Assembly (NCBI RefSeq): GCF_000039765.1
Contig: NC_004459.3
Coordinates: forward strand, 1,920,001-1,952,000
From: Vibrio vulnificus CMCP6
GTDB taxonomy: Bacteria > Pseudomonadota > Gammaproteobacteria > Enterobacterales > Vibrionaceae
DNA length: 32,000 nucleotides
Direction of reading: 5' to 3'
The notes under the pieces are model-generated. The model was given only the letters and a program-made list of their open reading frames with translations, did not search any database and was not told the origin of the DNA. The stretch's first letter is position 1. The number at the start of each line of letters is the position of its first letter. Positions 18,692 through 27,595 of this stretch are shown piece by piece. A program made the translations under genes and the position numbers.

Positions 18692-18781
18692 AGCTAGCAC
18701 CTAATTCGGATGATAAATACAGATGACGACAGTCGTTGTCTTCCATATCAATAACTTAAAGCTATCCATTGAGACGAAGTA

Positions 18782-20884
18782 ATGGCTAAGAAATTTACTC
18801 TGCCGTTTGCAGATAAGTTGCCTAAAATCCCCCAACGTTCAGTACCAGCCATTGGCGCACCGATTATGGTGTTGGCCACCTTGGCCATGGTGGTATTGCC
18901 AATTCCTCCGTTTCTACTGGATATGTTCTTTACCTTTAACATCGCCTTAGCCATGGTGGTGCTATTGGTCACGGTTTATACCCGAAGACCACTCGACTTC
19001 GCTGCCTTTCCCACCGTTCTACTGATTGCGACCTTGCTGAGATTGGCCTTGAACGTTGCCTCAACGCGTGTGGTTCTCCTGAAGGGTCACGAAGGGGGAG
19101 ACGCAGCGGGTAACGTTATCGAAGCGTTCGGTAACGTGGTGATCGGCGGTAACTACGCCGTTGGTCTTGTGGTGTTCCTGATCTTAATGATCATTAACTT
19201 TATGGTTGTCACCAAGGGTGCGGGCCGTATTTCCGAGGTAAGTGCTCGCTTCACCTTGGACGCTTTGCCTGGTAAGCAGATGGCGATCGATGCCGATTTG
19301 AACGCGGGTTTGATAGACCAAGAACAAGCGCGCTTACGCCGTTTTGAAGTGACCAAAGAAGCCGATTTCTACGGCTCGATGGATGGTGCATCGAAGTTCG
19401 TTAAAGGTGACGCCATCGCCGGTATTTTGATCTTGTTCATCAACATCATTGGTGGTTTGAGCATTGGTATGGCGCAGTATGATCTCGGTTTCTCCGACGC
19501 CATCAAAATCTATACATTGCTGACCATTGGTGATGGTCTGGTGGCGCAGATCCCATCGCTGTTGCTTTCTATCGCAGCGGCGATGATGGTGACTCGTCAG
19601 AATACCGATGAAGACATGGGCGAGCAGATGCTCTTCCAAATGTTTGATAATCCAAAAGCACTGACGATCACCGCGGCGATTCTAGGCATCATGGGGATTG
19701 TACCCGGTATGCCTCATTTTGCTTTCCTGACGCTAGCGGCGATCGCCGGAGCGGGCGCTTACTTTATTGATAAGAAGCAGAAGCAAAAGGCCAAAGAACC
19801 GAAAGTACCCGTGGTGGCAGACAGCAGCAATGCTCCCTCGGTACGTGAACTCTCATGGGATGACGTACAGCCGGTCGACATCATTGGCTTGGAAGTGGGT
19901 TATCGCTTGATCCCATTGGTAGATAGAGACCAAGGTGGCGAACTGCTTGAACGCGTGAAAGGGGTTCGTAAGAAGCTCTCGCAAGATTTTGGCTTTCTGA
20001 TCCCGCCAGTGCACATTCGTGACAACTTAGAACTCACTCCGAACAGTTATCGAATCACCTTGATGGGCGTGGCAGTGGGTGAAGCTGAAATTCGCCCTGA
20101 TCAAGAACTGGCCATTAACCCAGGTCAAGTGTATGGCATGATCGATGGTGAACCGACTATCGACCCAGCCTTTGGACTGGAAGCGGTTTGGATTCGACCA
20201 GACCAAAGAGAACACGCTCAAGCACTGGGCTACACCGTGGTGGACTCTTCTACCGTACTGGCTACGCACATGAGCCAGCTTCTAACCAACAATGCCTCTC
20301 AGCTCTTAGGCCATGAAGAAGTACAGAACTTACTGGAAATGTTGGGCCGAAGTGCACCGAAACTGGTCGAGAATTTTGTCCCTGATCAGCTCTCGTTGGG
20401 CTCTGTGGTGAAAGTGTTGCAAAACCTACTTAATGAAGCGATTCCAATTCGTGACATTCGTACGATTGTACAAACCTTGGCTGAATATTCCTCAAAGAGT
20501 CAAGAACCCGACATCCTGACGGCGGCGGTACGTATTTCATTGAAGAGACTAATCGTTCAGGAAATCAATGGAATAGAGCCTGAGTTGCCAGTTATTACCC
20601 TGATTCCAGAGCTGGAACAAATATTGCATCAGACCATGCAAGCGTCAGGTGGTGAGTCTGCGGGCATCGAACCCGGTTTGGCTGAAAGATTGCAATCATC
20701 GTTGATGATGGCGACTCAGGAGCAAGAGCTCAAAGGCGAACCAGCAGTCTTACTCACCTCCGGCGTGCTGCGGTCCACTCTGGCGAAATTTGTTAAGAAC
20801 ACGATTCCTAACCTCAGAGTGCTTTCGTATCAGGAAATTCCTGACGAAAAACAAATTCGAATTGTACAGGCTGTGGGTAACTGA
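18782..20884 (+). CDS. flhA: Flagellar type III export gate protein FlhA
   Basis: 700 aa. The N-terminal polytopic membrane domain carries the conserved FHIPEP-type loop (VVTKGAGRISEVSARFTLDALPGKQMAIDADL), followed by a large cytoplasmic C-terminal domain. Confidence 0.95.
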   Translation: MAKKFTLPFADKLPKIPQRSVPAIGAPIMVLATLAMVVLPIPPFLLDMFFTFNIALAMVVLLVTVYTRRPLDFAAFPTVLLIATLLRLALNVASTRVVLLKGHEGGDAAGNVIEAFGNVVIGGNYAVGLVVFLILMIINFMVVTKGAGRISEVSARFTLDALPGKQMAIDADLNAGLIDQEQARLRRFEVTKEADFYGSMDGASKFVKGDAIAGILILFINIIGGLSIGMAQYDLGFSDAIKIYTLLTIGDGLVAQIPSLLLSIAAAMMVTRQNTDEDMGEQMLFQMFDNPKALTITAAILGIMGIVPGMPHFAFLTLAAIAGAGAYFIDKKQKQKAKEPKVPVVADSSNAPSVRELSWDDVQPVDIIGLEVGYRLIPLVDRDQGGELLERVKGVRKKLSQDFGFLIPPVHIRDNLELTPNSYRITLMGVAVGEAEIRPDQELAINPGQVYGMIDGEPTIDPAFGLEAVWIRPDQREHAQALGYTVVDSSTVLATHMSQLLTNNASQLLGHEEVQNLLEMLGRSAPKLVENFVPDQLSLGSVVKVLQNLLNEAIPIRDIRTIVQTLAEYSSKSQEPDILTAAVRISLKRLIVQEINGIEPELPVITLIPELEQILHQTMQASGGESAGIEPGLAERLQSSLMMATQEQELKGEPAVLLTSGVLRSTLAKFVKNTIPNLRVLSYQEIPDEKQIRIVQAVGN

Positions 20885-20933
20885 TCTATTAATTAATAAC
20901 TGATGGTTAAGCCCTGTTTAATGGACGAATGGT

Positions 20934-22427
20934 TTGAAAATAAAACGATTTTTTGCCAAAGACATGCGAACTGCATTACTCCAAGTAAAAGAAGAACTTG
21001 GCGTTGATGCTGTCATCATGTCGAATAAAAAAGTGGCTGGTGGCGTTGAAATCGTCGCTGCGATTGATGGTGACAATCAATCCTCCACTTTTGGCAGCAT
21101 GCCTAATTTAAGTCGCCGACAAGCGACAGCAACCCCGTCGACAGCAGGGCAATACACTGCGCCTCCCGCACGTAAAGCGACTCGCGATCTTCAAGACGAT
21201 CGCGTCAGTTTGCAGAGCGAGAAGACCAATGGCGGATCCATGACCAAACGCTTTGCCAACATGCTTAAGCAGTACAGCAATACAAGCGAAGAGAGCAGCT
21301 ACCGAGATGAATCGGCCGACTCTCTGAACTCATTGCTGGAAAGACAAAATAAGCATCGTGAAGAGCAAAATGGCAATGTCCGTATTCGCGAAAACTCGCC
21401 TTTGGCAAAGCTGATTGCGGAAGACCGTCGTATTCCACGCCCTGAGCCTCGTCTTGACCCAACGCGTTACGACCGCCGTAAGCCTCAAACTGAGCAGGAA
21501 GAAGGTTCTAACGAGCTAGAGAACATGCGCGAAGAGATGACATCGATTCGTCGTTTGCTTGAGCATCAGGTATCGGGTTTATTGTGGCAGGAAGTGGAAA
21601 GAAGAGAACCGCTGCGCGCCATGCTTATCAAACGTCTCGAGCGTATGGGTGTGTCGCCTGAATTGGCGGATCAGATGGCGTGTTACATTCCAGAAGATAC
21701 CAAGCCTGCCCGTGCATGGAAGGCTTTGCTCGCTTTGGTCTCAGACCAAATTAATGTCACCAAGCAAGATATTTTAAAGCGTGGTGGGGTTGTGGCGTTG
21801 TTAGGGCCAACGGGTGTTGGCAAAACCACCACCATCGCAAAATTGGCAGCAAGAGCGGCTATGGAGTATGGCGCGAACAATGTCGCGCTTGTCACCACAG
21901 ACACCTACCGTATTGGCGCTCACGAACAGCTTTCGATCTACGGCAGAATAATGGGATGTCCTGTAAAAGTTGCTAAAGATTCTAGTGAGTTAGCCGATGT
22001 AATCTATCAGCTTAGAAACAGAAAACTGATTTTAGTTGATACAGCAGGTATGGGGCAGCGCGATGTACGTTTATCAGAGCAGCTCGATACGCTCATGCAA
22101 GAGAGTGGGGAAGTAATACACAGCTATCTGGTACTTCCCGCTACAGCTCAAAGACGAGTGCTGCAAGAGACCATTGATCATTTTCGAAGAATTCCACTTT
22201 CAGGTTGTATCCTGACCAAACTGGATGAGTCACTCAGTTTGGGCGAATTTGTCAGTGTTGTGATTCAAAACGCGTTACCTGTGGCGTATATCGCCAATGG
22301 GCAGCGAGTTCCCGAAGATATCGTGATAGCACAACCAAAATATTTGATCGCGAAAGCGAATGAACTGCTTGAGAAGTCGACAGAGAATGAACCTCACTAC
22401 TGGAACAGTGACAACGAAGGATTCTAG
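20934..22427 (+). CDS. flhF: Flagellar placement SRP-type GTPase FlhF
   Basis: 497 aa with a TTG start. The N-terminus is MKIKRFFAKDMRTALLQVKEELG. The GTPase motifs are GPTGVGKTTT, DTAGMGQRD and LTKLDE. Confidence 0.92.
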   Translation: MKIKRFFAKDMRTALLQVKEELGVDAVIMSNKKVAGGVEIVAAIDGDNQSSTFGSMPNLSRRQATATPSTAGQYTAPPARKATRDLQDDRVSLQSEKTNGGSMTKRFANMLKQYSNTSEESSYRDESADSLNSLLERQNKHREEQNGNVRIRENSPLAKLIAEDRRIPRPEPRLDPTRYDRRKPQTEQEEGSNELENMREEMTSIRRLLEHQVSGLLWQEVERREPLRAMLIKRLERMGVSPELADQMACYIPEDTKPARAWKALLALVSDQINVTKQDILKRGGVVALLGPTGVGKTTTIAKLAARAAMEYGANNVALVTTDTYRIGAHEQLSIYGRIMGCPVKVAKDSSELADVIYQLRNRKLILVDTAGMGQRDVRLSEQLDTLMQESGEVIHSYLVLPATAQRRVLQETIDHFRRIPLSGCILTKLDESLSLGEFVSVVIQNALPVAYIANGQRVPEDIVIAQPKYLIAKANELLEKSTENEPHYWNSDNEGF

Positions 22428-22440
22428 GCGGCGGACTACT

Positions 22441-23328
22441 ATGACTGAGAATATGATACACGATCAAGCTAGCGGCCTCCGTCGCTTAACACAACCATCA
22501 TTGACCAAAGTGATTGCAGTTACTGGCGGTAAAGGTGGCGTGGGTAAATCAAATGTGACCCTAGGTTTGGCCATTGCGATGGCTCGCCAAGGTAAGAAAG
22601 TAATGGTACTGGATGCTGACCTAGGTCTGGCTAATGTCGACGTTATGCTCGGAATTCGTTCAAAACGTAACTTAGGACATGTATTAGCAGGTGAATGTGA
22701 GCTAAAAGATGCTATTGTTGAAGGACCATATGGTATTAAAATAATACCAGCCACTTCTGGAACACAGAGTATGACAGAGCTTTCACATGCACAACATGTG
22801 GGTCTGATTCGTGCTTTTGGTAGCCTAGAAGACGATATGGATGTGTTGCTGATAGATACAGCAGCCGGCATTTCTGATATGGTAATCAGTTTTTCACGTG
22901 CAGCTCAGGATGTGATTGTCGTAGTGTGTGATGAACCTACCTCAATTACCGATGCATATGCTTTAATTAAGCTATTGAGTAAAGAGCATCAGGTTCAACG
23001 CTTCAAGATTGTTGCAAATATGGTCAGAAGCTACCGAGAAGGTCGAGAATTGTTTGCAAAATTGACGTTGGTCACAGAGCGATTCTTGAATGTGAGCCTC
23101 GAACTCGTAGCATGTATTCCGTTAGATGATAAAGTTCGACAAGCGGTTAAAAAACAAAAAATTGTTGTGGACGCTTTCCCGCGTTCACCAGCCGCCTTGG
23201 CCATCAGTTCGTTAGCAAATAAAGCGCTGACCTGGCCAATTCCAAAGAGCCCAAGTGGTCATTTGGAATTCTTTGTCGAACGATTGCTGACGCGTAATGC
23301 ATTTATAGAGGAACCTTTTGGTGAATAA
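22441..23328 (+). CDS. flhG: Flagellar number regulator FlhG (FleN/MinD-like ATPase)
   Basis: 295 aa from ATG 22441. The ORF-track start at 22360 would overlap flhF by 68 nt and is rejected. It has the deviant Walker A GGKGGVGKS and a C-terminal amphipathic helix (GHLEFFVERLL). Confidence 0.9.
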   Translation: MTENMIHDQASGLRRLTQPSLTKVIAVTGGKGGVGKSNVTLGLAIAMARQGKKVMVLDADLGLANVDVMLGIRSKRNLGHVLAGECELKDAIVEGPYGIKIIPATSGTQSMTELSHAQHVGLIRAFGSLEDDMDVLLIDTAAGISDMVISFSRAAQDVIVVVCDEPTSITDAYALIKLLSKEHQVQRFKIVANMVRSYREGRELFAKLTLVTERFLNVSLELVACIPLDDKVRQAVKKQKIVVDAFPRSPAALAISSLANKALTWPIPKSPSGHLEFFVERLLTRNAFIEEPFGE

Positions 23329-24055
23329 AGCGCTCACTTATGACCAGCATGCAAATGTGAACAGTCAAAAACTGTTCATAGAAAGGTATTCTGTGCTGGT
23401 CAAACGCATTGCTCACCATTTGTTAGGGCGATTGCCTCCTAGTGTTCAGGTCGAGGATCTGATCCAAGCGGGTATGATTGGCCTGATAGAAGCTCAACAA
23501 AATTATGACGCCTCAAAAGGCGCAAGTTTTGAAACTTATGCTGGCATTCGTATCCGTGGTGCTATGCTTGATGATATCAGGCGTGGTGATTGGGTGCCTC
23601 GTTCGGTACACAAAAGCAATCGAGAGATTAGCCAAGCGATAGCCGAACTCGAGGGATTGCTAAACCGAGATCCTACTGATGCCGAAGTAGCAAAGCACAT
23701 GGGATTGTCTTTAGAGCAGTATCACGGTGCTTTGACAGATATCAATTGTTCTCGCTTGATTGGTATTGAAGATCTTGGTGTGTCGGATGATGTGATCACC
23801 TCGGTGGAAGATTCAGAAAACAATACCCCGTTTAAGGGCGTTGCTGATGAATATTTCAGAAAAGCGCTGGTTGAATCAATAAAACAATTACCAGAACGTG
23901 AAGCTTTGGTACTTTCGCTCTATTATGATGAAGAGCTAAACTTAAAAGAAATTGGGGAAATTCTGAGTGTTAGCGAGTCTCGCGTCAGTCAGATATTGAG
24001 CCAGTCAATGCAACGTTTGCGCACTAAGCTTAGTGCTTGGACACAAAATGATTAA
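23318..24055 (+). CDS. fliA: Flagellar sigma factor FliA (sigma-28)
   Basis: 245 aa with a GTG start that overlaps the flhG end by 11 nt. Region 2 is VEDLIQAGMIGLIEAQQNYD and the region 4.2 HTH is LKEIGEILSVSESRVSQILSQSMQRLR. Confidence 0.92.
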   Translation: MVNKALTYDQHANVNSQKLFIERYSVLVKRIAHHLLGRLPPSVQVEDLIQAGMIGLIEAQQNYDASKGASFETYAGIRIRGAMLDDIRRGDWVPRSVHKSNREISQAIAELEGLLNRDPTDAEVAKHMGLSLEQYHGALTDINCSRLIGIEDLGVSDDVITSVEDSENNTPFKGVADEYFRKALVESIKQLPEREALVLSLYYDEELNLKEIGEILSVSESRVSQILSQSMQRLRTKLSAWTQND

Positions 24056-24075
24056 AACACTGATTTTGACATTCA

Positions 24076-24468
24076 GTGGAGGCAATTTTGAATAAAAACA
24101 TGAAGATCCTTATTGTTGACGATTTCTCAACAATGCGCCGTATTGTAAAGAACCTGCTTCGTGATTTGGGTTTCAATAACACTCAAGAAGCTGATGATGG
24201 TCTGACAGCGTTACCTATGCTGAAAAAAGGTGATTTCGATTTCGTCGTTACGGATTGGAATATGCCTGGCATGCAGGGTATCGATCTGCTGAAAAACATT
24301 CGTGCAGACGCTGAACTGAAGCATCTACCAGTGCTGATGATCACCGCAGAAGCGAAGCGTGAGCAGATCATCGAAGCGGCTCAAGCAGGCGTTAATGGTT
24401 ACATTGTTAAGCCATTCACCGCAGCAACCCTGAAAGAAAAACTAGATAAAATTTTTGAACGTTTATAA
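24076..24468 (+). CDS. cheY: Chemotaxis response regulator CheY
   Basis: 130 aa from GTG 24076. Conserved segments are [15 protein letters not shown], the VVTDWNMPG phosphoacceptor Asp, and NGYIVKPF. The start is ambiguous. GGAGG (24078-24082) is best placed for TTG 24088, which gives 126 aa, and ATG 24100 is also in frame. Confidence 0.93.
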   Translation: MEAILNKNMKILIVDDFSTMRRIVKNLLRDLGFNNTQEADDGLTALPMLKKGDFDFVVTDWNMPGMQGIDLLKNIRADAELKHLPVLMITAEAKREQIIEAAQAGVNGYIVKPFTAATLKEKLDKIFERL

Positions 24469-24589
24469 ACCTCGTTTGAAGATTACTTCGTCAGAGCTGC
24501 TATAAGCATTCATGCAATGCCAACCATTATATTGGCAGCTCATAAACGCAGCATGCTTCCGAAGCATAAACGAAAAGGGTCTATTCAGA

Positions 24590-25330
24590 ATGATCTCATT
24601 AGAGCAAGCAAAGTCTCTAGTTGAATTACTGGAACAGGGAGAGCAGGCAGCCGCCGATGAGCTGGTTGCGTCAATCTATGAGGAAAAAGGCAATCCAATG
24701 CTGCAAGAGATTGGTTCGCTTACTCGAGATCTGCACACTTCCCTGAAGAATTTCAGCTTAGATCAACGGATGACAGAAATTACAAACGATGAAATCCCAG
24801 ATGCAAGGGATCGCCTTCAATATGTCATCGAAAAAACCGAACTCGCAGCAAACAAGACCATGGATGCTGTCGAGCTCTGTCTCCCAATAGCCGATAATCT
24901 TCACGAATGCTTGCTACAAGTCCGTCCTCAGTGGAATGAACTGATGCACGGTCGCATCGAATTGAGTGAATTCAAGGCCCTTTGCCATCGTATCGAAGAT
25001 CTTTTAGTTCAAGTCGAAGGCGATAGCACAGAATTACGCGGCCAGTTAACAGAAATTTTGATGGCACAAGATTTCCAAGACTTAACTGGGCAGATTATCC
25101 GTCGCGTCATCACACTCGTAAACGAAGTGGAAGGGCGATTGGTCGATATCCTAACGGTGTTTGCTGGAAATAAACCGCCGAAGGACAAAACTCAAGAAAC
25201 ACAGAATCTTGCCGAAAAAGAAAAAAGTGGCAGCGAGCCAGAGGGTCCGATTTTGCACCCCGAGTTGCGTGAAGACGCAGTTGCATCGCAGGATGAAGTC
25301 GATGATTTGTTATCCAGTCTTGGATTTTAA
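24590..25330 (+). CDS. cheZ: CheY-P phosphatase CheZ
   Basis: 246 aa from ATG 24590 (MISLEQAKSLVELLEQ..). It has the catalytic-region motif MAQDFQDLTGQIIRRV and the C-terminal CheY-binding peptide ASQDEVDDLLSSLGF. The upstream in-frame ATG at 24512 is judged unlikely. Confidence 0.9.
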   Translation: MISLEQAKSLVELLEQGEQAAADELVASIYEEKGNPMLQEIGSLTRDLHTSLKNFSLDQRMTEITNDEIPDARDRLQYVIEKTELAANKTMDAVELCLPIADNLHECLLQVRPQWNELMHGRIELSEFKALCHRIEDLLVQVEGDSTELRGQLTEILMAQDFQDLTGQIIRRVITLVNEVEGRLVDILTVFAGNKPPKDKTQETQNLAEKEKSGSEPEGPILHPELREDAVASQDEVDDLLSSLGF

Positions 25331-25339
25331 AGGTAACGT

Positions 25340-27565
25340 ATGAGCTACGATTTAGACGAAGATATCCTTCAGGACTTTCTAATAGAAGCCGGGGAAATTC
25401 TGGAACTGCTTTCTGAGCAGTTAGTAGAATTGGAAAATAATCCAGAAGACAGGGATCTTCTCAATGCTATTTTCCGTGGATTCCATACCGTTAAAGGTGG
25501 CGCTGGATTTTTGTCGCTCACCGAGCTGGTTGAAACTTGCCATGGTGCGGAAAACGTGTTCGACGTATTGCGTAATGGTCAACGTTCCGTTTCTCCAAGC
25601 CTAATGGATACAATGCTGCGTTCCTTAGACACAGTAAACCATCAGTTTAAAGCGGTTCAAGATCGAGAGCCTCTCGAAGCAGCGGATCCTGAGTTGCTCG
25701 ACGAGCTGCATCGTTTGTGTCGCCCTGAATCGGAAGATGAAGTGGCTGCACCAGTTGCAGAAGAAGTCGTTGTAGCAGAGCCTGAACCTGAAATTATTCC
25801 AGAACCTGTAGTCGAAGCGCCTGCGCCAGCCAGCTCCGCGATTTCTTCAGTGGATGAAATCACTCAAGATGAGTTTGAAAAACTGCTTGATGAGCTGCAT
25901 GGCAAAGGGGCCGCACCGAGCGCACAAGCAGCAGCGCCAGCAGCACCGACGCCACCACCAGTGAGCGCATCGGTAGATAGCGGTGACATCACGGACGACG
26001 AATTTGAAAAACTGTTAGACGAATTACACGGTGCGGGCAAAAGCCCATCGGCGTCTGACTTCCAAGCAACGCCACCACCAGAGCCAGCTAAACCAGCGGC
26101 AAAAGCACCAAGTGCTGGTGATAGCGACTTGATGACCGACGAAGAGTTCGAAAAGCTATTAGATGAGCTGCATGGTTCAGGTAAAGGTCCTACCCTTGAG
26201 GAGTTGGATTTCGCAACCAAGCCTGCATCAGCAAATGTCGCTCCTGCGCCAGAGCCAGCTAAACCAGCAGCACCAGTTGCGCCGAAGCCAGCGGCGGCGC
26301 CTGCACCAGCTCGCGCAGAAGTGAAAGCGCCGGCGGTGCAAGAAGCGAAAGCCCCCGCGACTCAACAAGCAGCGAAGAAACCACAGGCAGAAGCGACGGT
26401 ACGTGTTGATACATCGACGCTGGACACCATCATGAACATGGTTGGTGAGCTTGTACTGGTTCGAAATCGTCTTTTGAGTCTCGGTCTGAATAGTAACGAT
26501 GAAGAGATGGCGAAAGCGGTAGCTAACCTAGATGTGGTGACCGCGGACCTGCAAGGCGCAGTAATGAAAACGCGCATGCAGCCCATTAAGAAAGTATTTG
26601 GCCGCTTCCCTCGCGTTGTTCGTGACTTGGCGCGTAACCTACAAAAAGACATCGTGCTGGAAATGCGCGGTGAAGAAACGGATCTCGATAAAAACCTGGT
26701 TGAGGCGCTTGCGGATCCTTTGATCCACTTGGTGCGTAACTCGGTTGACCATGGTATTGAGATGCCTGATGACCGTGCAAAAGCAGGTAAGTCTCGCACG
26801 GGTAAAGTGATACTCTCTGCATCTCAAGAGGGTGACCATATCGAACTCGCGATCATCGATGATGGCGGCGGTATGGACCCAGATAAACTTCGTGGCATCG
26901 CAGTGAAACGCGGCATGATGGATGAAGATGCTGCTGGACGTTTATCTGACAAAGAATGTTTCAACTTGATCTTTGCCCCCGGATTCTCCAGTAAAGAGAA
27001 AATATCAGACATTTCTGGACGTGGTGTAGGTATGGACGTGGTGAAAACCGCGATCAATACCCTAAATGGCTCGATTGATATCGATTCAGAGTTGGGCAAA
27101 GGAACCAAGATTACCATCAAAGTTCCGTTGACCTTGGCGATTCTACCAACACTTATGGTTGGTGTGGCTGGCCATCCGTTTGCGTTGCCATTGGCTTCTG
27201 TAAATGAAATCTTCCATTTAGATCTTAGCCGTACCAACGTTGTTGATGGTCAGTTAACCATCATCGTACGTGAAAAAGCGATTCCGCTGTTCTATCTACA
27301 AAACTGGCTCGCACCGAAGTCTGGTAAAGCGCAACTGCGCAAAGGACATGGTCACGTCGTTATCGTACAAATCGGCAGTCAACGCGTCGGTTTTGTTGTG
27401 GATACCTTGATTGGTCAAGAAGAAGTGGTTATCAAGCCATTAGACAACTTACTGCAAGGTACACCGGGTATGGCGGGTGCAACGATCACCAGTGATGGGC
27501 ATATTGCTCTGATTCTGGATGTTCCTGATTTACTTAAGCAGTACGCAGCGGCATCGCGTCTGTAA
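25340..27565 (+). CDS. cheA: Chemotaxis histidine kinase CheA
   Basis: 741 aa. The P1 Hpt domain contains FRGFHTVKGGAGFL and is followed by a long acidic, Pro/Ala-rich linker. The P3/P4 region has HLVRNSVDHGIE, DDGGGMD and GRGVGMDVV, followed by a P5 CheW-like domain. Confidence 0.95.
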   Translation: MSYDLDEDILQDFLIEAGEILELLSEQLVELENNPEDRDLLNAIFRGFHTVKGGAGFLSLTELVETCHGAENVFDVLRNGQRSVSPSLMDTMLRSLDTVNHQFKAVQDREPLEAADPELLDELHRLCRPESEDEVAAPVAEEVVVAEPEPEIIPEPVVEAPAPASSAISSVDEITQDEFEKLLDELHGKGAAPSAQAAAPAAPTPPPVSASVDSGDITDDEFEKLLDELHGAGKSPSASDFQATPPPEPAKPAAKAPSAGDSDLMTDEEFEKLLDELHGSGKGPTLEELDFATKPASANVAPAPEPAKPAAPVAPKPAAAPAPARAEVKAPAVQEAKAPATQQAAKKPQAEATVRVDTSTLDTIMNMVGELVLVRNRLLSLGLNSNDEEMAKAVANLDVVTADLQGAVMKTRMQPIKKVFGRFPRVVRDLARNLQKDIVLEMRGEETDLDKNLVEALADPLIHLVRNSVDHGIEMPDDRAKAGKSRTGKVILSASQEGDHIELAIIDDGGGMDPDKLRGIAVKRGMMDEDAAGRLSDKECFNLIFAPGFSSKEKISDISGRGVGMDVVKTAINTLNGSIDIDSELGKGTKITIKVPLTLAILPTLMVGVAGHPFALPLASVNEIFHLDLSRTNVVDGQLTIIVREKAIPLFYLQNWLAPKSGKAQLRKGHGHVVIVQIGSQRVGFVVDTLIGQEEVVIKPLDNLLQGTPGMAGATITSDGHIALILDVPDLLKQYAAASRL
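25859..26176 (+). repeat. Three spaced copies of a 15-aa peptide motif within the CheA linker
   Basis: The copies are ITQDEFEKLLDELHG (25859-25903), ITDDEFEKLLDELHG (25988-26032) and MTDEEFEKLLDELHG (26132-26176). The peptide is conserved while codons differ synonymously. Confidence 0.9.
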
Positions 27566-27595
27566 TCAGGGCTTAGTATTACAATAAGGATTCAA

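Noticed and set aside
22360-22440. The ORF-track N-terminal extension of flhG (ATG 22360).
   Set aside because: It would overlap flhF by 68 nt and add 27 non-conserved residues rich in R, T and S. ATG 22441 gives the expected MinD/FleN-like N-terminus about 13 nt after the flhF stop.
21940-24060. An apparent AT-rich, rare-codon patch (AGA and ATA codons) from the 3' third of flhF through flhG and fliA, which might suggest a recombined or foreign tract.
   Set aside because: Hand counts of 60-nt lines give about 44% GC for flhG, against a rough estimate of 47-50% elsewhere. Individual lines in undisputed core genes range from 38% to 60%, and AGA codons also occur in flhA and fliE. The difference is within normal gene-to-gene variation. 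A sliding-window GC3 and codon-adaptation computation would be needed to claim anything.
24891-24898. An exact GCCGATAA (sigma-28 -10 consensus) inside cheZ.
   Set aside because: No TAAA-like -35 lies at the required 15-nt distance (CGAG is there instead), and the site is mid-gene. It is treated as a chance occurrence.
26220-26400. A Pro/Ala/Lys-rich tract in CheA (APAPEPAKPAAPVAPKPAAAPAPA..) that looks like repetitive DNA.
   Set aside because: It is a low-complexity flexible linker within an intact reading frame. It has no exact nucleotide tandem unit and is not a separate repeat element.
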